From Octopus sinensis (lineage: Eukaryota): a DNA stretch of 64,000 nucleotides. Position 1 is the first letter of the stretch, and each line of letters starts with the position of its first letter. A program made the position numbers and the translations under genes. The stretch lies in NCBI RefSeq assembly GCF_006345805.1, contig NC_042999.1:41044001-41108000 (forward strand). The letters are read 5' to 3'. Below, piece after piece: positions 1-12,551 of the stretch. The notes beneath the pieces are model-generated. The model saw only the letters and a program-made list of their open reading frames with translations, had not been told where the DNA came from and made no database searches.

Positions 1-670
1 TTGGTTGGTAATTAGCAGAATCTACACAGTGGAGATGAACCCCTTAACTGCACCGTTTGCTGAAAAATATAATGGCCAATACTGGTTTTTAGTGTCAGTT
101 AAAATATTATTATATATCTCAAGAAAAGAAAAAGAAAATATATCCAAGGTCTGCTAAAAACTGAAAAACACATTTACTACTTCACTAAAAATAATCAGAT
201 TTACCTTTTTCCTAGTATTTCCGTCTTCTATTAGTACGCTTTTCCCAAAGATTTTTCGAATTTTTGATACTTGTTCTGGAACACCTCGTATTTACTTCAC
301 TTGTTCTCATAACGAATTTCTCCCAATATCTTCTATCTCCAGACAGATGGATTTTTAGTTGTTTGTTTTTCTTTTTAATTTTCTCTTCCGAACTGTAGGG
401 TAGCCAGGGAGCGTGAATCGTTCTCTAGCCACCCGCCTCTTTAGATTAGGCCACTACGCATCTCGCCCTAACTAAAGTAAGGAAACATCTACTACAAGAA
501 TATTCTATTATTCTTTTATACCTTTCAACCCTAAGATTGTGGCAATGCTGGAGCATATTAAGCTCAAAAAAGCACAACGGCAAGTAACGACGCATCAGCA
601 GGTGTGTTTTTCTGCTCCAGCTAGAGCTGGTTTGTCTATGCCTCAGAATTCTTTCTAGGCACTACATCTC

Positions 671-899
671 TCAGATGACTCTCTGTCCTTCTATAATTTC
701 AGCATATCCTTGTAGATGCCTAATGTCTCGTCTCAACACGTAGTTGAAACTTATGATGGACAACATCCTTCCACTCAAAGGAAACACCAATACATTGAGC
801 GACTCTGATAAGCTATGCTTTTCTTCCTCGTTGCAGTGACAATGATCGAACCCACTGCAGTAGAACTGTTCTCCACAACTTGTGACCAATCTGTAACCT
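671..899 (-). CDS. Candidate terminal coding exon, product unknown
   Basis: Acceptor-like ttttgtgattttag|GT at 899, then an open non-repetitive frame (G)YRLVTSCGEQFYCSGFDHCHC...FNYVLRRDIRHLQGYAEIIEGQRVI*. No upstream partner exon was found. Confidence 0.25.
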
Positions 900-1510
900 A
901 AAATCACAAAAGTAAACCTTTCAGTAAAGAACATCATTTCAAGAGAAGAATATACTGTTGTAATTTTCGCTTGTAGTAGTATGATCAGTTATGTAGTTTT
1001 GTCATAAATTAAATATGGGCCCAAAATGGCAAACTCCAACGTTTTGTCACCTGTTACATTTTTGAGAAAGTTTTCATCAGAATTTCACCATTAAACAACT
1101 CTTAACTGACTCATTTTTTTTTTTTTTTTAACTGTCAATAGACAGGCTGCAAACATGCCATGATACATTGCGTCGAGCTCCTCAGATCGAATCCAACACT
1201 TTCTTTGTGTAGTTTTCATTCTTTTTTGTGGAAGGTCATCCAGATTTGAGATTATGTTTGGTGGTTGTGCTGGTGTCATCTTCCTTCTTTGTATGGCTCA
1301 AAAATCATTCTCGCTACAGACCTGTTGTAACATTAGAAAAGACTCCGTAGAAATATTCCTTTACTAGAAACAAAATTGTATACAAACATGTTGCTCTTCC
1401 AAATTTCACAATGACACACACACACAGATGTAAATTATATGACTACTTATATATATACTCACATATATACATAAATCTATCTATGTGTATGTGTATCTAC
1501 TTATATGTAA

Positions 1511-1750
1511 ATGCGCCCTTTTAAAGCCTAGCCAGGCTCATGGGCCCGGTTTCAATGGCGTATGTACTCCCCAGCTGGACGGGACGCCAGTCCATCGCAG
1601 CGTTACTCATTTTCGCCTGCTGAGTGGACTGGAGCAACATTAAATGAAGTGTTTTGCTCAAAAACACAACGCGTCGCCCGGTCTAGGAATTGAAACCACA
1701 ATCTTACGATCATGATGCTGACACCCTAACCACTAAGACACACGCCTCCA
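1511..1750 (-). mobile_element. tRNA-headed SINE, body D + tail T1
   Basis: Minus strand reads ggaggcgtgtgtcttagtggttaggg (A-box-like), gtttcaattcc (B-box-like), body ttgtgtttttgagcaaaacacttcatttaatgttgctccagtccactcagc, tail gcgatggactggcgtcccgtccagctgggg...ctttaaaagggcgcat. Confidence 0.85.
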
Positions 1751-1751
1751 C

Positions 1752-1760
1752 CATACATAC

Positions 1761-1808
<48 letters not shown>

Positions 1809-1826
1809 GTTTAAATATTTGTTGTG

Positions 1827-1861
<35 letters not shown>

Positions 1862-1879
1862 GTTTAAATATTTGTTGTG

Positions 1880-1921
<42 letters not shown>

Positions 1922-1997
1922 CACACGCGTGCGCATACGTGTAGAACAAACACGACGAACGAGAGTGAATGAGAGAGAGAGAGAGAGAGAGAGAGAT
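1752..1997. repeat. Compound (TACA)n/(TA)n/(GA)n microsatellite with a 53-bp internal duplication
   Basis: cgtttaaatatttgttgtgcaaa occurs at 1808 and 1861, each bracketed by (TA)n. Confidence 0.95.
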
Positions 1998-2706
1998 CGA
2001 AAGTGTGGGGGTGGTTAGAAATGGATAATCTACATACAATGATATGCTCTGAAACAGTCAAACATATACCTGTCTTCGCCTCTTTTCCGATATATATGCT
2101 AATTCTTCATGTCGGCGACTAGTCTGAAACAAACCCTGCTTCTAAATAATTGATTAGTCGATAGATATCATTTTCTTTGCCGATGTTGTTATCGTCGTGT
2201 CGTATTTGTTGCCATAGAAACGGTACAATGACTACAGGAAACATCTAATTACTGATCACTCACAGACTTCGATCTCACCTGTTTGCGAATCATTAAGGTG
2301 TATATTCATCAATCTTGACACATGCCAGTGTCTAGTTGTCCCACTGGTATAATGGAAAGTTTTATCTATAACAACAACTAAAAGTTGCATGCATACTTGA
2401 CGAGAGCTATAAATATAATTGATAGAGAAAATTTAATGAGCCTATCTGAGTGGATAAAAGTAATTCAAAGAATATAAAAACAGCTTCAAAAAACTTTTAC
2501 AACCAAAATTCTATTTGCTTTTCACTCTTATAACGTTAACCCTTTCAGAGTAATACTAGACATTCGTTTCTAATTGTTTAAAATCAAATATATCAGCTAG
2601 ATAGATGTTTCTAAAGCTGAGTAACAGCATCTCCTTAGAGGGTTGTGAGCCCTAAGGGAGCGGCAAATTTCTCAATATTTTCAAAAGCCTTTAAAACATA
2701 ACAATA

Positions 2707-3115
2707 AGGTGCAGGCATGACTGTGTGGTAAATAATTTACTTCCCAACCACTTGCTTCCGGGTTCAATCCCACTGCGTGACACCTTGAGCAAGTGTCTTC
2801 TGCTATAGTCTTGGGTCGACCAAAGCCTTATGATTGGATATTGTAGACGGAAACCGAAAGAAATCTGTCGTGTGTATATATATGTGTGTGTGTGTGTGTG
2901 TTTGCGTCTGTGTGTCCCCACCCACGGCTTGACAACCGGTGTTGGTGCGTTTACGTCCTTATTACTTAGAGGTTCGGCAAAACAACCGATAAAGTACCAG
3001 ACTGAAAAAAGTAAGTATTGGGATCGATTCATTCAACTAAAATTCTTCGATCTAATAGCGCACCAGCATGGGCAAAGTTTAATTACTGAAACGAGTACAA
3101 AATAAAAGATAAAGA
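2707..3115 (+). mobile_element. SINE A, full length, moderately diverged
   Basis: Matches 13834-14240 by eye: tRNA-like head, ccttgagcaagtgtctt core, internal (TA)(TG)n, tail ending actgaaacgagtacaaaataaaag. Confidence 0.9.
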
Positions 3116-3202
3116 ACAAGAGTTGGGAATTATCTAATGAGTTAAAAAAATCATGATTTATGATGCGCGGAGACCCAATGTATTTTCATTATTTAAGTCC
3201 TT

Positions 3203-3395
3203 AAGGTGGCTAGCTGATTAAATCGTTAGCACTCCAGACAAAGTGCTTAGTGGCAATTCGTCCTTCTTTAGTTTTTGCCTTCAAATTCTGCCGAGATCGA
3301 TAAAATAAGAATCAGTCGCGCACTGAAGTCTTCGTAATCGACTAGACTCCCTCTACCAAAATTTCAAGCCTTGTACCTATTGTAGAAGGAATTAT
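3203..3395 (+). mobile_element. SINE B1, diverged
   Basis: ggtggctagctgattaaatcgttagcac...ttcaaattctgccgagatcgataaaataag, with an internal deletion and a B1-type tail. Confidence 0.7.
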
Positions 3396-4159
3396 ATGTT
3401 CTCGCCTTCTGCCAAATCTCCATAAAGATTGAACGTAGGAGATACTTGTCCGCGCAATAATCTTCAGAAGCAAAAAAAAAAAAAACCCCAGAAGAGTAGA
3501 TATACTGAATAGGATATTATATAAACAAAGTATGCATAATGAACCACTGTGCAATATTAGTTACTTTTTGTAAGTGGCTGTTTTCCTTTCGCAAACCATA
3601 AAGAAGAGTCATTTGCAAAACCCCATCCAAAAGAAAGGTTTTACTGAGCTACAAGTAGAAAAAAAAGATTTTTTTTTAAGATTGTAAACAACTAGACTAG
3701 CTTAACCTGGAAAACATAAAACCTTTAACTGGGCTTTAGGCCAATTTTCAGCATAGCAACTCATCATTTCCTAAAAAATAAAAGATAAAAAAGTTTAAAA
3801 TATTGAACTAGTATATGATAGCAGTTGATTCTTGTACCGGAATAATAATCTGCAATGATTAAGCAGCCAGGAATATTTATAAGAAGAATATATCCGTTTA
3901 TATTTGAACAATCTTAGCCATCTTCTGATTGCTACTGGTTATTTTATAAGAAAAATATTACTTTAAAAGCTTTGTCATTCAACTTTTTTTATTGTACGAA
4001 ATAATATGCTGAGAGATTAATCCGAAAATCTACTTCAAATTAAAATTGACACGCCACCTCAGACATAATGTCGATATCGTTTTCCGTTTCATACATTTTT
4101 TTCTTTGTATGTTTGCATTTATTTATCTATGTATCTTATCTGTTTTGCTTCCTTACGGC

Positions 4160-4204
<45 letters not shown>

Positions 4205-4225
4205 AATCTGTCTGTCTGTCTATAT
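4160..4225. repeat. (TATC)n/(TGTC)n microsatellite
   Basis: Tandem tetranucleotide visible directly. Confidence 0.95.
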
Positions 4226-4948
4226 CTGTTTGTCTATCTCTTGATCGTTTGATCGTACTCTTTCTTTTATTATGTATAGACTTTTTAAAAATATTATATT
4301 TATACTAATTAATACAGACTAATACCTCTCAACTCTTATCAATAAAATCTGCTACCTTAAACATCTCCGAGTGTTATTGAAAGGCGACGATTATGAGTAT
4401 CCAAAAATAAGAGATACTAATGATTCTCCTTGAGATAAATCTATTAATATTAATTAAAGCAAAATATATTTTGTTGAACCCAGCTAAAACCTCAGACGCG
4501 AAATATCACTTATTTCTTCTTATTTCCCCTATTATGAAAGGCTGCAATACTACAATCATCATTATACAGGCATCTGGTAGATACGATCATTAAATATTAA
4601 AGTGAGATAACAAATTTCATTCAACAGAAATTTCAATTGTGTCAGATGCACCTAGCTAATCATGACAGCTAATTAGGTACCTGAAAAATCAAATGATCAT
4701 ATCCTGTCATTACTATTGCTGGGAATTTCAGTGGCTACTTAGCAGCTAAAGGAATAGTCCACCTAGTTAGCTATAATTAGGTACTATTGTACGTGGTATA
4801 GTTCACTGCTGCACACAGCCATTACACTAAAATTAACGAGTGATATGTAGTGCTGACTTTGGCACTAAGCCACAGATTTACAGACGCGGTTATTGTCATG
4901 CTTTACTTAAGTAACATTAGTGTATTGTACTTATTATATCGATCTCAA

Positions 4949-5060
4949 CACATGGCTAAATAGTTAGGGGTTTTCACTCAAAATTGTAAGGTCGTGCTTT
5001 CGATTCCCGGAGTAGGAGTTGCTTTGTGTTCTTGGGTGAAACACTTTGCTTCACGATTCT
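4949..5060 (+). mobile_element. SINE D head fragment, diverged
   Basis: catggctaaatagttagggg...ttcgattcccgg...ttgtgttcttgggtgaaacactttgcttcacg resembles 53731-53850. Confidence 0.6.
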
Positions 5061-5099
5061 CTTCGGTCGCTTCTGCATCTGATACGTAGCACACTGTGC

Positions 5100-5487
5100 T
5101 GGACTGGAAGCACTCCGTCGGTTACGACGACGAGGGTTCCGGTTGATCCGAATCAACGGAACAGCCTGCTCGTGAAATTAACGTGTAAGTCGCTGAGCAC
5201 TCCACAGACACGTGTACCCTTAACGTAGTTCTCGGGGATATTCAGCGTGACACAGAGAGTGACAAGGCCGGCCCCTTGAAATACAGGTACAACAGAAACA
5301 GGAAGTAAGAGTGAGAGAAAGTTGTGGTGAAAGAGTACAGCAGGGATCACCACCATCCCCTGCCGGAGCCTCGTGGAGCTTTAGGTGTTTTCGCTCAATA
5401 AACACTCACAACGCCCGGTCTGGGAATCGAAACCGCGATCCTATGACCGCGAGTCCGCTGCCCTAACCACTGGGCCATTGCGCCTCT
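5100..5487 (-). mobile_element. tRNA-headed SINE, body C + tail T2, with 9-bp TSD
   Basis: Minus strand starts gaggcgcaatggcccagtggttagggcagcggactcgcggtc...gtttcgattccc. Target duplication acactgtgc at 5091-5099 and 5488-5496. Confidence 0.92.
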
Positions 5488-5729
5488 ACACTGTGCACCA
5501 GTAAAGGCAATGACGATTTGATAGTGCATATGCGTTAATGTGCAGCACGAACATTTGATCAAAAAAAAAAAGAAAGAAAAAAAAATCACTTTTCTGGTTA
5601 TTCAACGGGAAACTGTGCAGCACTCATCTGTCGTTCACAATAGGAAAAGCCACAAATAAGACAAAAGAAAAAAGTAAAGAAAATATCGATCTCTGGCGTA
5701 TTACTTTTGGCAGAAATGGAATTCAGATT

Positions 5730-5957
5730 TTAACATTTAGCATTTAAACGGTCCATATCTGGCCCAAATTATTCTACATTGATTTATGTTCAAAGTAGCC
5801 AGACCTGGCCTCTCATACTTACCACACAATATTATTCTCGAAATAAACAATCACACCACCGAAATATCGGTGCTATTAGATAATGTATTATTAATTCAAA
5901 ATTATGTCAATAAATAGAATTACATTTGACCGAGTTATCTGAATGCGAAAGGGATAA
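5730..5957. mobile_element. Degenerate TTAA-type (piggyBac-like) MITE
   Basis: Left end ttaacatttagcattta; right end reverse-complemented ttatccctttcgcattca; about 228 bp. Confidence 0.55.
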
Positions 5958-6327
5958 CGAAATAAAAACATTGCAACACTTTTACTCTGTTTCTTTGCCG
6001 TTTCTGTCTTTTCACCACACTGTTAGAGCTAAACATTAAAGAGTAACAAAGACAAAATATTGTCTCTAATAAATGGTTGACTATTAGAAAGTTAAGAACA
6101 TTAATTACGCCAACAGGACCAGCCCAAGAACGCATCTACAATGTTCAAACAAATGAAAGAATTGTGTGCGATAAATGAAACCCCTCTATATAAATTTAAT
6201 AAAGGACTAAAAAATTATCGCTGTTCGTTACGATAATTGTAAAAATTATGCTAAAGAATAATCCCTTTTGTGTAATTATTTGAAATACATATCAAAAATA
6301 AAACTTGATACTTATAGGCTCAAGGCC

Positions 6328-6900
6328 TTAAATTTGGTTGTCAATTTCATCGACTTAAGCACGTGACTGTTACTTATTTTATTGATCCCAAAGGGACAAA
6401 AGCCAAAGTCGACCTCAGCCTTATTTGAACAGAGGGCGTAAAGATGGGCGAAATGCTACTAAGAATTTTGTCCGTCGTGGTGACGATTCAGCCAGCTCGC
6501 TGCCTTGATATATGGCTTTAGATTTTGGCACAAGGCCAGCACTTTTGAGGGTTGTGGCAATTCGATTACATTGATCCCAGTATTTGAGTGGTACTTTACT
6601 TTATTGAACCCGAAAAAAACCAAAGGCAAAGTCGACCGCGATGGTATTTGAACTCGGAGCGTAAAGCGTAGAAAGAAATCCTATCAAGCATTTTCTCCAG
6701 CTTTCTAACGATTCTGCCGGCTCCCCGCCTAAATAAATATCCTACCTAGGTACAAGGTTTTATATTTTGTTGGAGGAAGTTAGACGAGTACATCGACCCC
6801 AGCTCTCATCTGGTACTTATTTCATATGAAAGGCAAAGTCGATCCCGGCAGATTCGGAACTCAGAACAGACGAAATGCCGCTACGCACTTCGTCTGGCAT
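6328..6900 (-). mobile_element. Three old SINE B1 copies head-to-tail (about 6328-6506, 6516-6731, 6745-6900)
   Basis: Each contains variants of gtacttattttattgaccccgaaag...aaaggcaaagtcgacc...atttgaactc on the + strand. Confidence 0.8.
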
Positions 6901-7204
6901 GTTACTTGCTTTAGTATATATTAGGAATAATGTCATTGGTGTGTGCATGTATTCACAAGAGAAGGGATTCTCGTGAATTAAATATCAATATTCTCTGTTC
7001 TAACTATGCTTCTTTATAAGACTGAAATTGCAGGAGCAATATTGGAAATATATTTGACCTCAATACATGCCTAGCACGTGACAAAAGTTAACGAGTGAGA
7101 GCGTAGAGGTGGCGTAATTAATATCACAAGACATTAAGACCACCACTCAGCCGTTTGTGGAAGTCCAGCACTTTCACTATTTCAATATTTATTCCTTACT
7201 TTGG

Positions 7205-7365
7205 TAATGACACTAATTTATAGGGAAGGAGTTCGGTCGATTGAATCGATACCGGTATATGACTTGAATTTATTTTATTGATCCCAGAGAGATAAAAGGC
7301 GAATTTTAGCCTGATGGGATTTAAAATCTGAAAGTAGAGTAATTGATAGACATTAGTGAGTTACC
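7205..7365 (-). mobile_element. SINE B1, highly diverged
   Basis: gtcgattgaatcgataccggtatatgacttgaatttattttattgatcccagagagataaaaggcgaa. Confidence 0.55.
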
Positions 7366-8332
7366 GTTTCTGCTATTCAATTATATTGTATTATTCAAAT
7401 AATCAATCATACCAGAAATATATTGTTCGAGCATCCTTCTGTCGACAGTCAGCCAACGTTGTTATATTTCTGGGAAAAAAAGATGGAATAATCTAACGGA
7501 TGGAACATACAACATTCCATCTGATAGTGCATGACTTGTGTGCAGTAGGTATGAATTTCAATAGCAGCCCTCCATGTGATAAATGCCATTAGATCCTAAT
7601 ATTTGGAATTATTGTGATCAGCAGGTAATGGATGAATATTGGCTGCGGGATTCCAACTCTTTACTATTCTTCTTGGTCAGAAGTATGACAAGAAGAACTA
7701 AGTCATCATTTAATTGTTTATCTAATCAATAAAGCTGTTCATTAATTTGTCACTCTAATACGGTCTATTGGTAAACAAGAGAGTTCTAGGAAAATATCTT
7801 TGACGTTTCACTCCTCGCGTATACTCTCTCCCACCTCTCTGTCTCTGTTATCTATCTGTCTGTCTTTTTTCTCTCATTCTCTATTTCTTTTCCTCTCCCT
7901 CCCTCCCTCCTTCCCTCTCTCTCCCTCTCATTCTGAACATTTCTCTAAATTACCTATACAAAATCTGAGATGCAAATAACAATGGTATCTCTACACATAC
8001 TTATACAAACTCAAACATGTACATTTAGATGTTAATATAATATGCGTGTGTGTGTGTGTGTGTGTGTTTAAAACAGTATCAGAAAGCGCTGATCTGAAAG
8101 TCCAAATATCATAGTGACACAAATTCTTGTAAATATTTTAATTGCTTGAATTAGTAGGTAAGCAATGAAAACACAGTGACATTTTGATAACATGTTTGTA
8201 ATCTTAACTGAAATAATAATAGACGTCAGTGACTTTGAAATCCTATAGCTGCATTTCTCTGAATCATTCTGCAGTATTTTCATTACCATGAATTCTAGGA
8301 GGTTGGGCTTAAAGCAACGTAAGTCTGACAAG

Positions 8333-8474
8333 TAACACACACACACACGCACACACACACACACACACACAACACACACACACACACAACACACAAACAC
8401 ACGCACACAAACACACACACACACACAAACACGCACACACACAAACACGCACGCACACAAACACGCACACACAC

Positions 8475-8516
<42 letters not shown>
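8333..8516. repeat. Imperfect (CA)n microsatellite
   Basis: Visible directly; it explains the poly-CV ORFs 8068..8580, 8295..8549 and 8309..8530. Confidence 0.97.
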
Positions 8517-8522
<6 letters not shown>

Positions 8523-8727
8523 GTGTACATGCGTTATTTTCTCCAGCATCTGGTAATATAAACTTGTTTGTTCTTTTCAAGGCAAGTTAGATTTACATTT
8601 TACCCTATACAAGATTGATTTTGTTCTTTTTATTTAGCCTCCGTGTACCCCCCAATGCGCCCCCTTACCGAGCAGATTTATGACGAAATGTATTCAAACT
8701 GTGATGGTTCCGTCACCCTTTCTCTTG

Positions 8728-9110
8728 TAGCCATAGCTATTTGGTAAGAAGTTTGCTTCTCAGTCACATTGTGCTTGGTTCAGTCCCACTGTGTTGCTTC
8801 TACTATAGTCCTGTGCCTACCGAAGCCTTGTGAGTGCATTTGGTTGACGTAAACTGAAAAAATCTCGTCGTGTATGTGTGTGTGTGTGTGTATCTCTGTG
8901 TTTGTTTTCACACCACCACTTGGCAACCGGTATAGGTTTGTTTACGTCCTGTAACCACGTGGTTCCGGAATGAGATATCGATACAATAAGTACTAGACTT
9001 TAAGAAGTGTACTGGTTTGGATTTTTTCGACTAAACTTTTTCAAGGCGGTTCCACAGCATGGCTGCAGTCCAATGACTGAAGCAAATACAAAATAAAGTA
9101 CAAAATGATA
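8728..9110 (+). mobile_element. SINE A, diverged full length
   Basis: ttggtaagaagtttgcttc...ggttcagtcccactg head, (TG)n, tail ending caatgactgaagcaaatacaaaataaag. Confidence 0.85.
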
Positions 9111-10091
9111 AAAAAGAGAAGACATTTTTACTTACGGTATTAAACGTCATGATGCTTGATAAGGTTTTAGCTGCTATACCCTGCAGGTCAAACGTTTGGC
9201 CGTAAGTGACTCTGCATGCAATTAAGAAACAGGAGTTCTTCGGAGGATTATGAAAATAACGAGATCTACTTTCTTAAACATAGGATTCATTCTGAGTTGA
9301 TTTTTATGCTATTTATTCAATGCACCTAAACTTTAGTATTCAAAATATTCTGTGCTATTAAATTATCTGTTGCAGTAAAACTCGCGACAAATTGCTGTTG
9401 AAAACTCGCACAATTAAGTGACATACTAAGCGCTTTAGTATAATTCTCTCCGTTCTATATTTTATCACTTATTCCTTCCTACATTTCACAAAATAAATAA
9501 CGTTAATACACTACCGCAAAATCTCTCACTTTTAATCTTTTCTGCTAAGACACTCCCGATGTCTATCTATTCAAAACAAGCCATGACGTAGCTTCTTCAG
9601 TTTGCTTAGGATCCAGAATTAATGTTTGGTCAATCTAGTTCACGATCACTATTTCGTTGTAAACATATAAATTAAAATACATCCTTCGTCGAAGCATGAT
9701 CGAAAGCAGGATCCCGCTTTTTCTTCATAGACTATGCAGTCATCGTGTTTATGTAAGACAAATATATTTTATTAAATTTCCGTGAAGTATATCAATTTGG
9801 GTTAAGTGAAAAGTCAACATCAATCATTGTTAACACTTTATATATATATATATTGTGCGGTAGCTTGTAGATATAACAGGGCGGCAGACACAATGCTTTA
9901 TCACATTAAATCATGCCATCTAAATTCTTCAATTAAATCCGCGAGTATTGATATAGAGGGGAAAATGACAGCCTATAAAGCATTGGGAGTAATTGCTCAT
10001 AGATCATGAAATCCCATAAAGTACAGACGTTCAGCAATGATTTTGAGTATTACACTTTATTCTACGTCGCCTCAGTTCACTGGACTCTGTG

Positions 10092-10390
10092 GAGGCACAT
10101 GGCCTAGTGGTTAGAGCAGTGAACTTGCGGTCGAGTGATCGCGGGTTCGAATCTCAGACTGGGTGATGTGTGTGTTTATGAGCGAAATACCTAAGCTCCA
10201 CGCGGCCCCGGCAGAAGGTAATGGCGAACTTCTGCTGACTCTTTCGACACAACTTTCTCTCACTCTTTCCTCCTGCATCTTGTAGCTCACCTGCGACGGA
10301 CCGGCGTCCCGTCCAGGTGGGGAACTTATACGCCAAGGAGACCGGGAAACCGGTCCTTATGAGCCAGGCATGACTCGAGAAGGAACAAAC
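10092..10390 (+). mobile_element. tRNA-headed SINE, body C + tail T1
   Basis: gaggcacatggcctagtggttagagc...gggttcgaatctc; C body agcgaaatacctaagctccacgcggccccggcag; tail gcgacggaccggcgtcccgtccaggtgggg shared with 1511-1750. Confidence 0.9.
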
Positions 10391-11024
10391 TGGGCTATTA
10401 CAATTATCTGGAAAGATTATCTGTGATATTTCGGTGTCCTTTCCAGACTGAAACATATTTCTCATCAGCTTCTGGAATGGATATGGAGTTGAGATTTTAA
10501 ATCTCTAGAGCTTTCTTAGTTCTGTACACCTCTTACTACTAAAGTTTTTACCGTTGTAGATCAGTTGTCTAGTTGTGAGTTCAGATCTCACTTGGGCTGA
10601 ATTGATTAAAAAAAAAAATACTCATAATAACATCACCAACTGTTTCTATTTAAACGAACGTCTCTATGAAGTTATTACGAGTATTATTAAAATCGCTATC
10701 AATGTATCATAATGTATATTCATTGTTAACAGGAAATTAATGCGAGACAGTCTCTAGTGGATATGCAGAGGTTATTTTTGATTTATTCAGTTGCATACGA
10801 TGAACATATTTTCTGCTCGATGGTTATTCGCAGCATCAGTGATTGCACAATTAAGAATTTCATATATTGGAGGCGATAAATCTTGTAAGACATATGCCAG
10901 CGAGTATGCACCGTTGAGAAAGCCCAGCAAGGCCGAAATGCGTTTGGTGTTCTTTCGCTAATCGCTGCTGGACCGATTTTTAAAATCTCTTTTTGTTACA
11001 TGTATAAATATATATATATATATA

Positions 11025-11422
11025 CTAGCAGTATCGCCCGGCGTTGCTCGGGTTTGTAAGGGAAATAACTATATAAGCATTTTTAGAGATGTAAAGTATA
11101 ACAGCCATCTCAATATGGCTAACCACAAAGGGGGGGGGGTTACTGTAGCTTTTTACGTTATGAGATTTAATAATACATTTTTAAAGAGTTCCTTTCCTTA
11201 TATAATAGCAAAAAAAAATGCATTAAAATGGAAAAAAATGATGGTAAATTATTTTTAAAATCGTAGACTCATCGTAGACACGCGCTAATACCTAGAAGGG
11301 CTCGATATGAATCACGACTATAAGATACCCGGTTTTGGTTAAACTGCACCGCAAAATGTGGGACTAGTTAGGAATCTAAATCGTAGGAGACAGACACACA
11401 ACTTCACTTTTATATATAAAGA
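11025..11422 (-). mobile_element. Non-autonomous Helitron
   Basis: Minus strand reads A|TCtttatatataaaagtgaagttgtgtg...aaacccgagcaacgccggg (GC hairpin) cgatactgCTAG|T: 5'-TC and CTAG-3' ends, A|T target, no TSD. Confidence 0.9.
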
Positions 11423-12149
11423 TATAACCCCCGTGCCGTCAAAAATGATGGCTAATTGTAGTATTTTATATATAAAGTAGAAAACCAAGATTTTGTTTTA
11501 ATAGTTCCTTTATTACAATTTTTTTGTGAAAAATCTATCGGCAACTAACATCTTTACCTGCTTGTTTCCTTCAAAAGAATTTTAAAGTTTTCCTTTCTTC
11601 TTGTTCGACTTAAGGCCATATAGAGCTGGCTATGACTAAATACGGTAGCTGGCTAGTAAATACCAAATACATAGAGTTGAAACGATGCTTGATTTTAATT
11701 CTCAGCGGTGAATGTTAATCACCCCATTTCCATTGAGAGCGCACGCAATCACACGCACAGAAACACATACACATGCATGCACATACACATAACCCTCTTT
11801 TACATACACACACATATATTCAAGCAGAGTTGAAATGCTGTTTGATTTCTTTTTCAGCGTACAATTTTCATCATCCCACTATCAAGTATGACATCGCCCC
11901 TTCCTTCCTTATTCATCTATCACCCTTTCCTTTCTCATTTATAAACACAAGAGTATTATTATCGCAGATTATCTCGGTAACAATGGGAGCTGTGAAAAAT
12001 ACAAAGCCCAGCAACACCACCGGATCATTCTACACACCCGTGTAATTTTTCGCGCAATTCCACCCAGCCGTTTGACCATGAATTCCAAGACAAGAAAATA
12101 TACAAAAAAGAATCGCTCATGTCAAATTTATATGTATATATGACTATGA

Positions 12150-12198
<49 letters not shown>

Positions 12199-12551
12199 AT
12201 TTTTAACTATACCACATCCATGTGAGATGTTTTATCGTGAATGAAATTCGCAGTAACGTGCCTTTCGGCAGTGCTTCTACATTCAGTATGATACATATAC
12301 TGCTAATTTAATTTAATATTGCTTCATTTGCATACATCGAACAATTGTTATTAGTATTTATATCATGCGTTGCTCTTTTTCTTTCTTTCTTTGTCTCTTT
12401 CTTTTGTGAAGTATTTAATTTTTTTCTTTTAATTTAATTACAGAAACGCAATTTTTGACCATTGGATACCTTGAAAAATTAGAAGTGTAAAAGTTCCTAC
12501 CCTGCGATTATTGAAGATGGATTTTAGGTATGTCAGATTCATTATTTACAT

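Noticed and set aside
1091-1279. 62-aa ORF as a first exon for the 671-899 candidate
   Set aside because: The only nearby GT donor (gttaaa) is weak and in the wrong phase.
3706-4683. Strong minus-strand acceptors at about 3707 and 4680
   Set aside because: All three frames stop within a few codons and no matching donors were identified. They cannot be called without transcript data.
5412-5487. tRNA-like sequences (also at 10092, 51188, 51693, 53731)
   Set aside because: A and B boxes are present, but there is no paired acceptor stem and each continues into a SINE body. They are SINE heads, not tRNA genes.
11980-12140. Possible further Helitron 5' fragment on the minus strand
   Set aside because: It resembles such elements, but neither the TC start nor a hairpin-CTAG end is intact.
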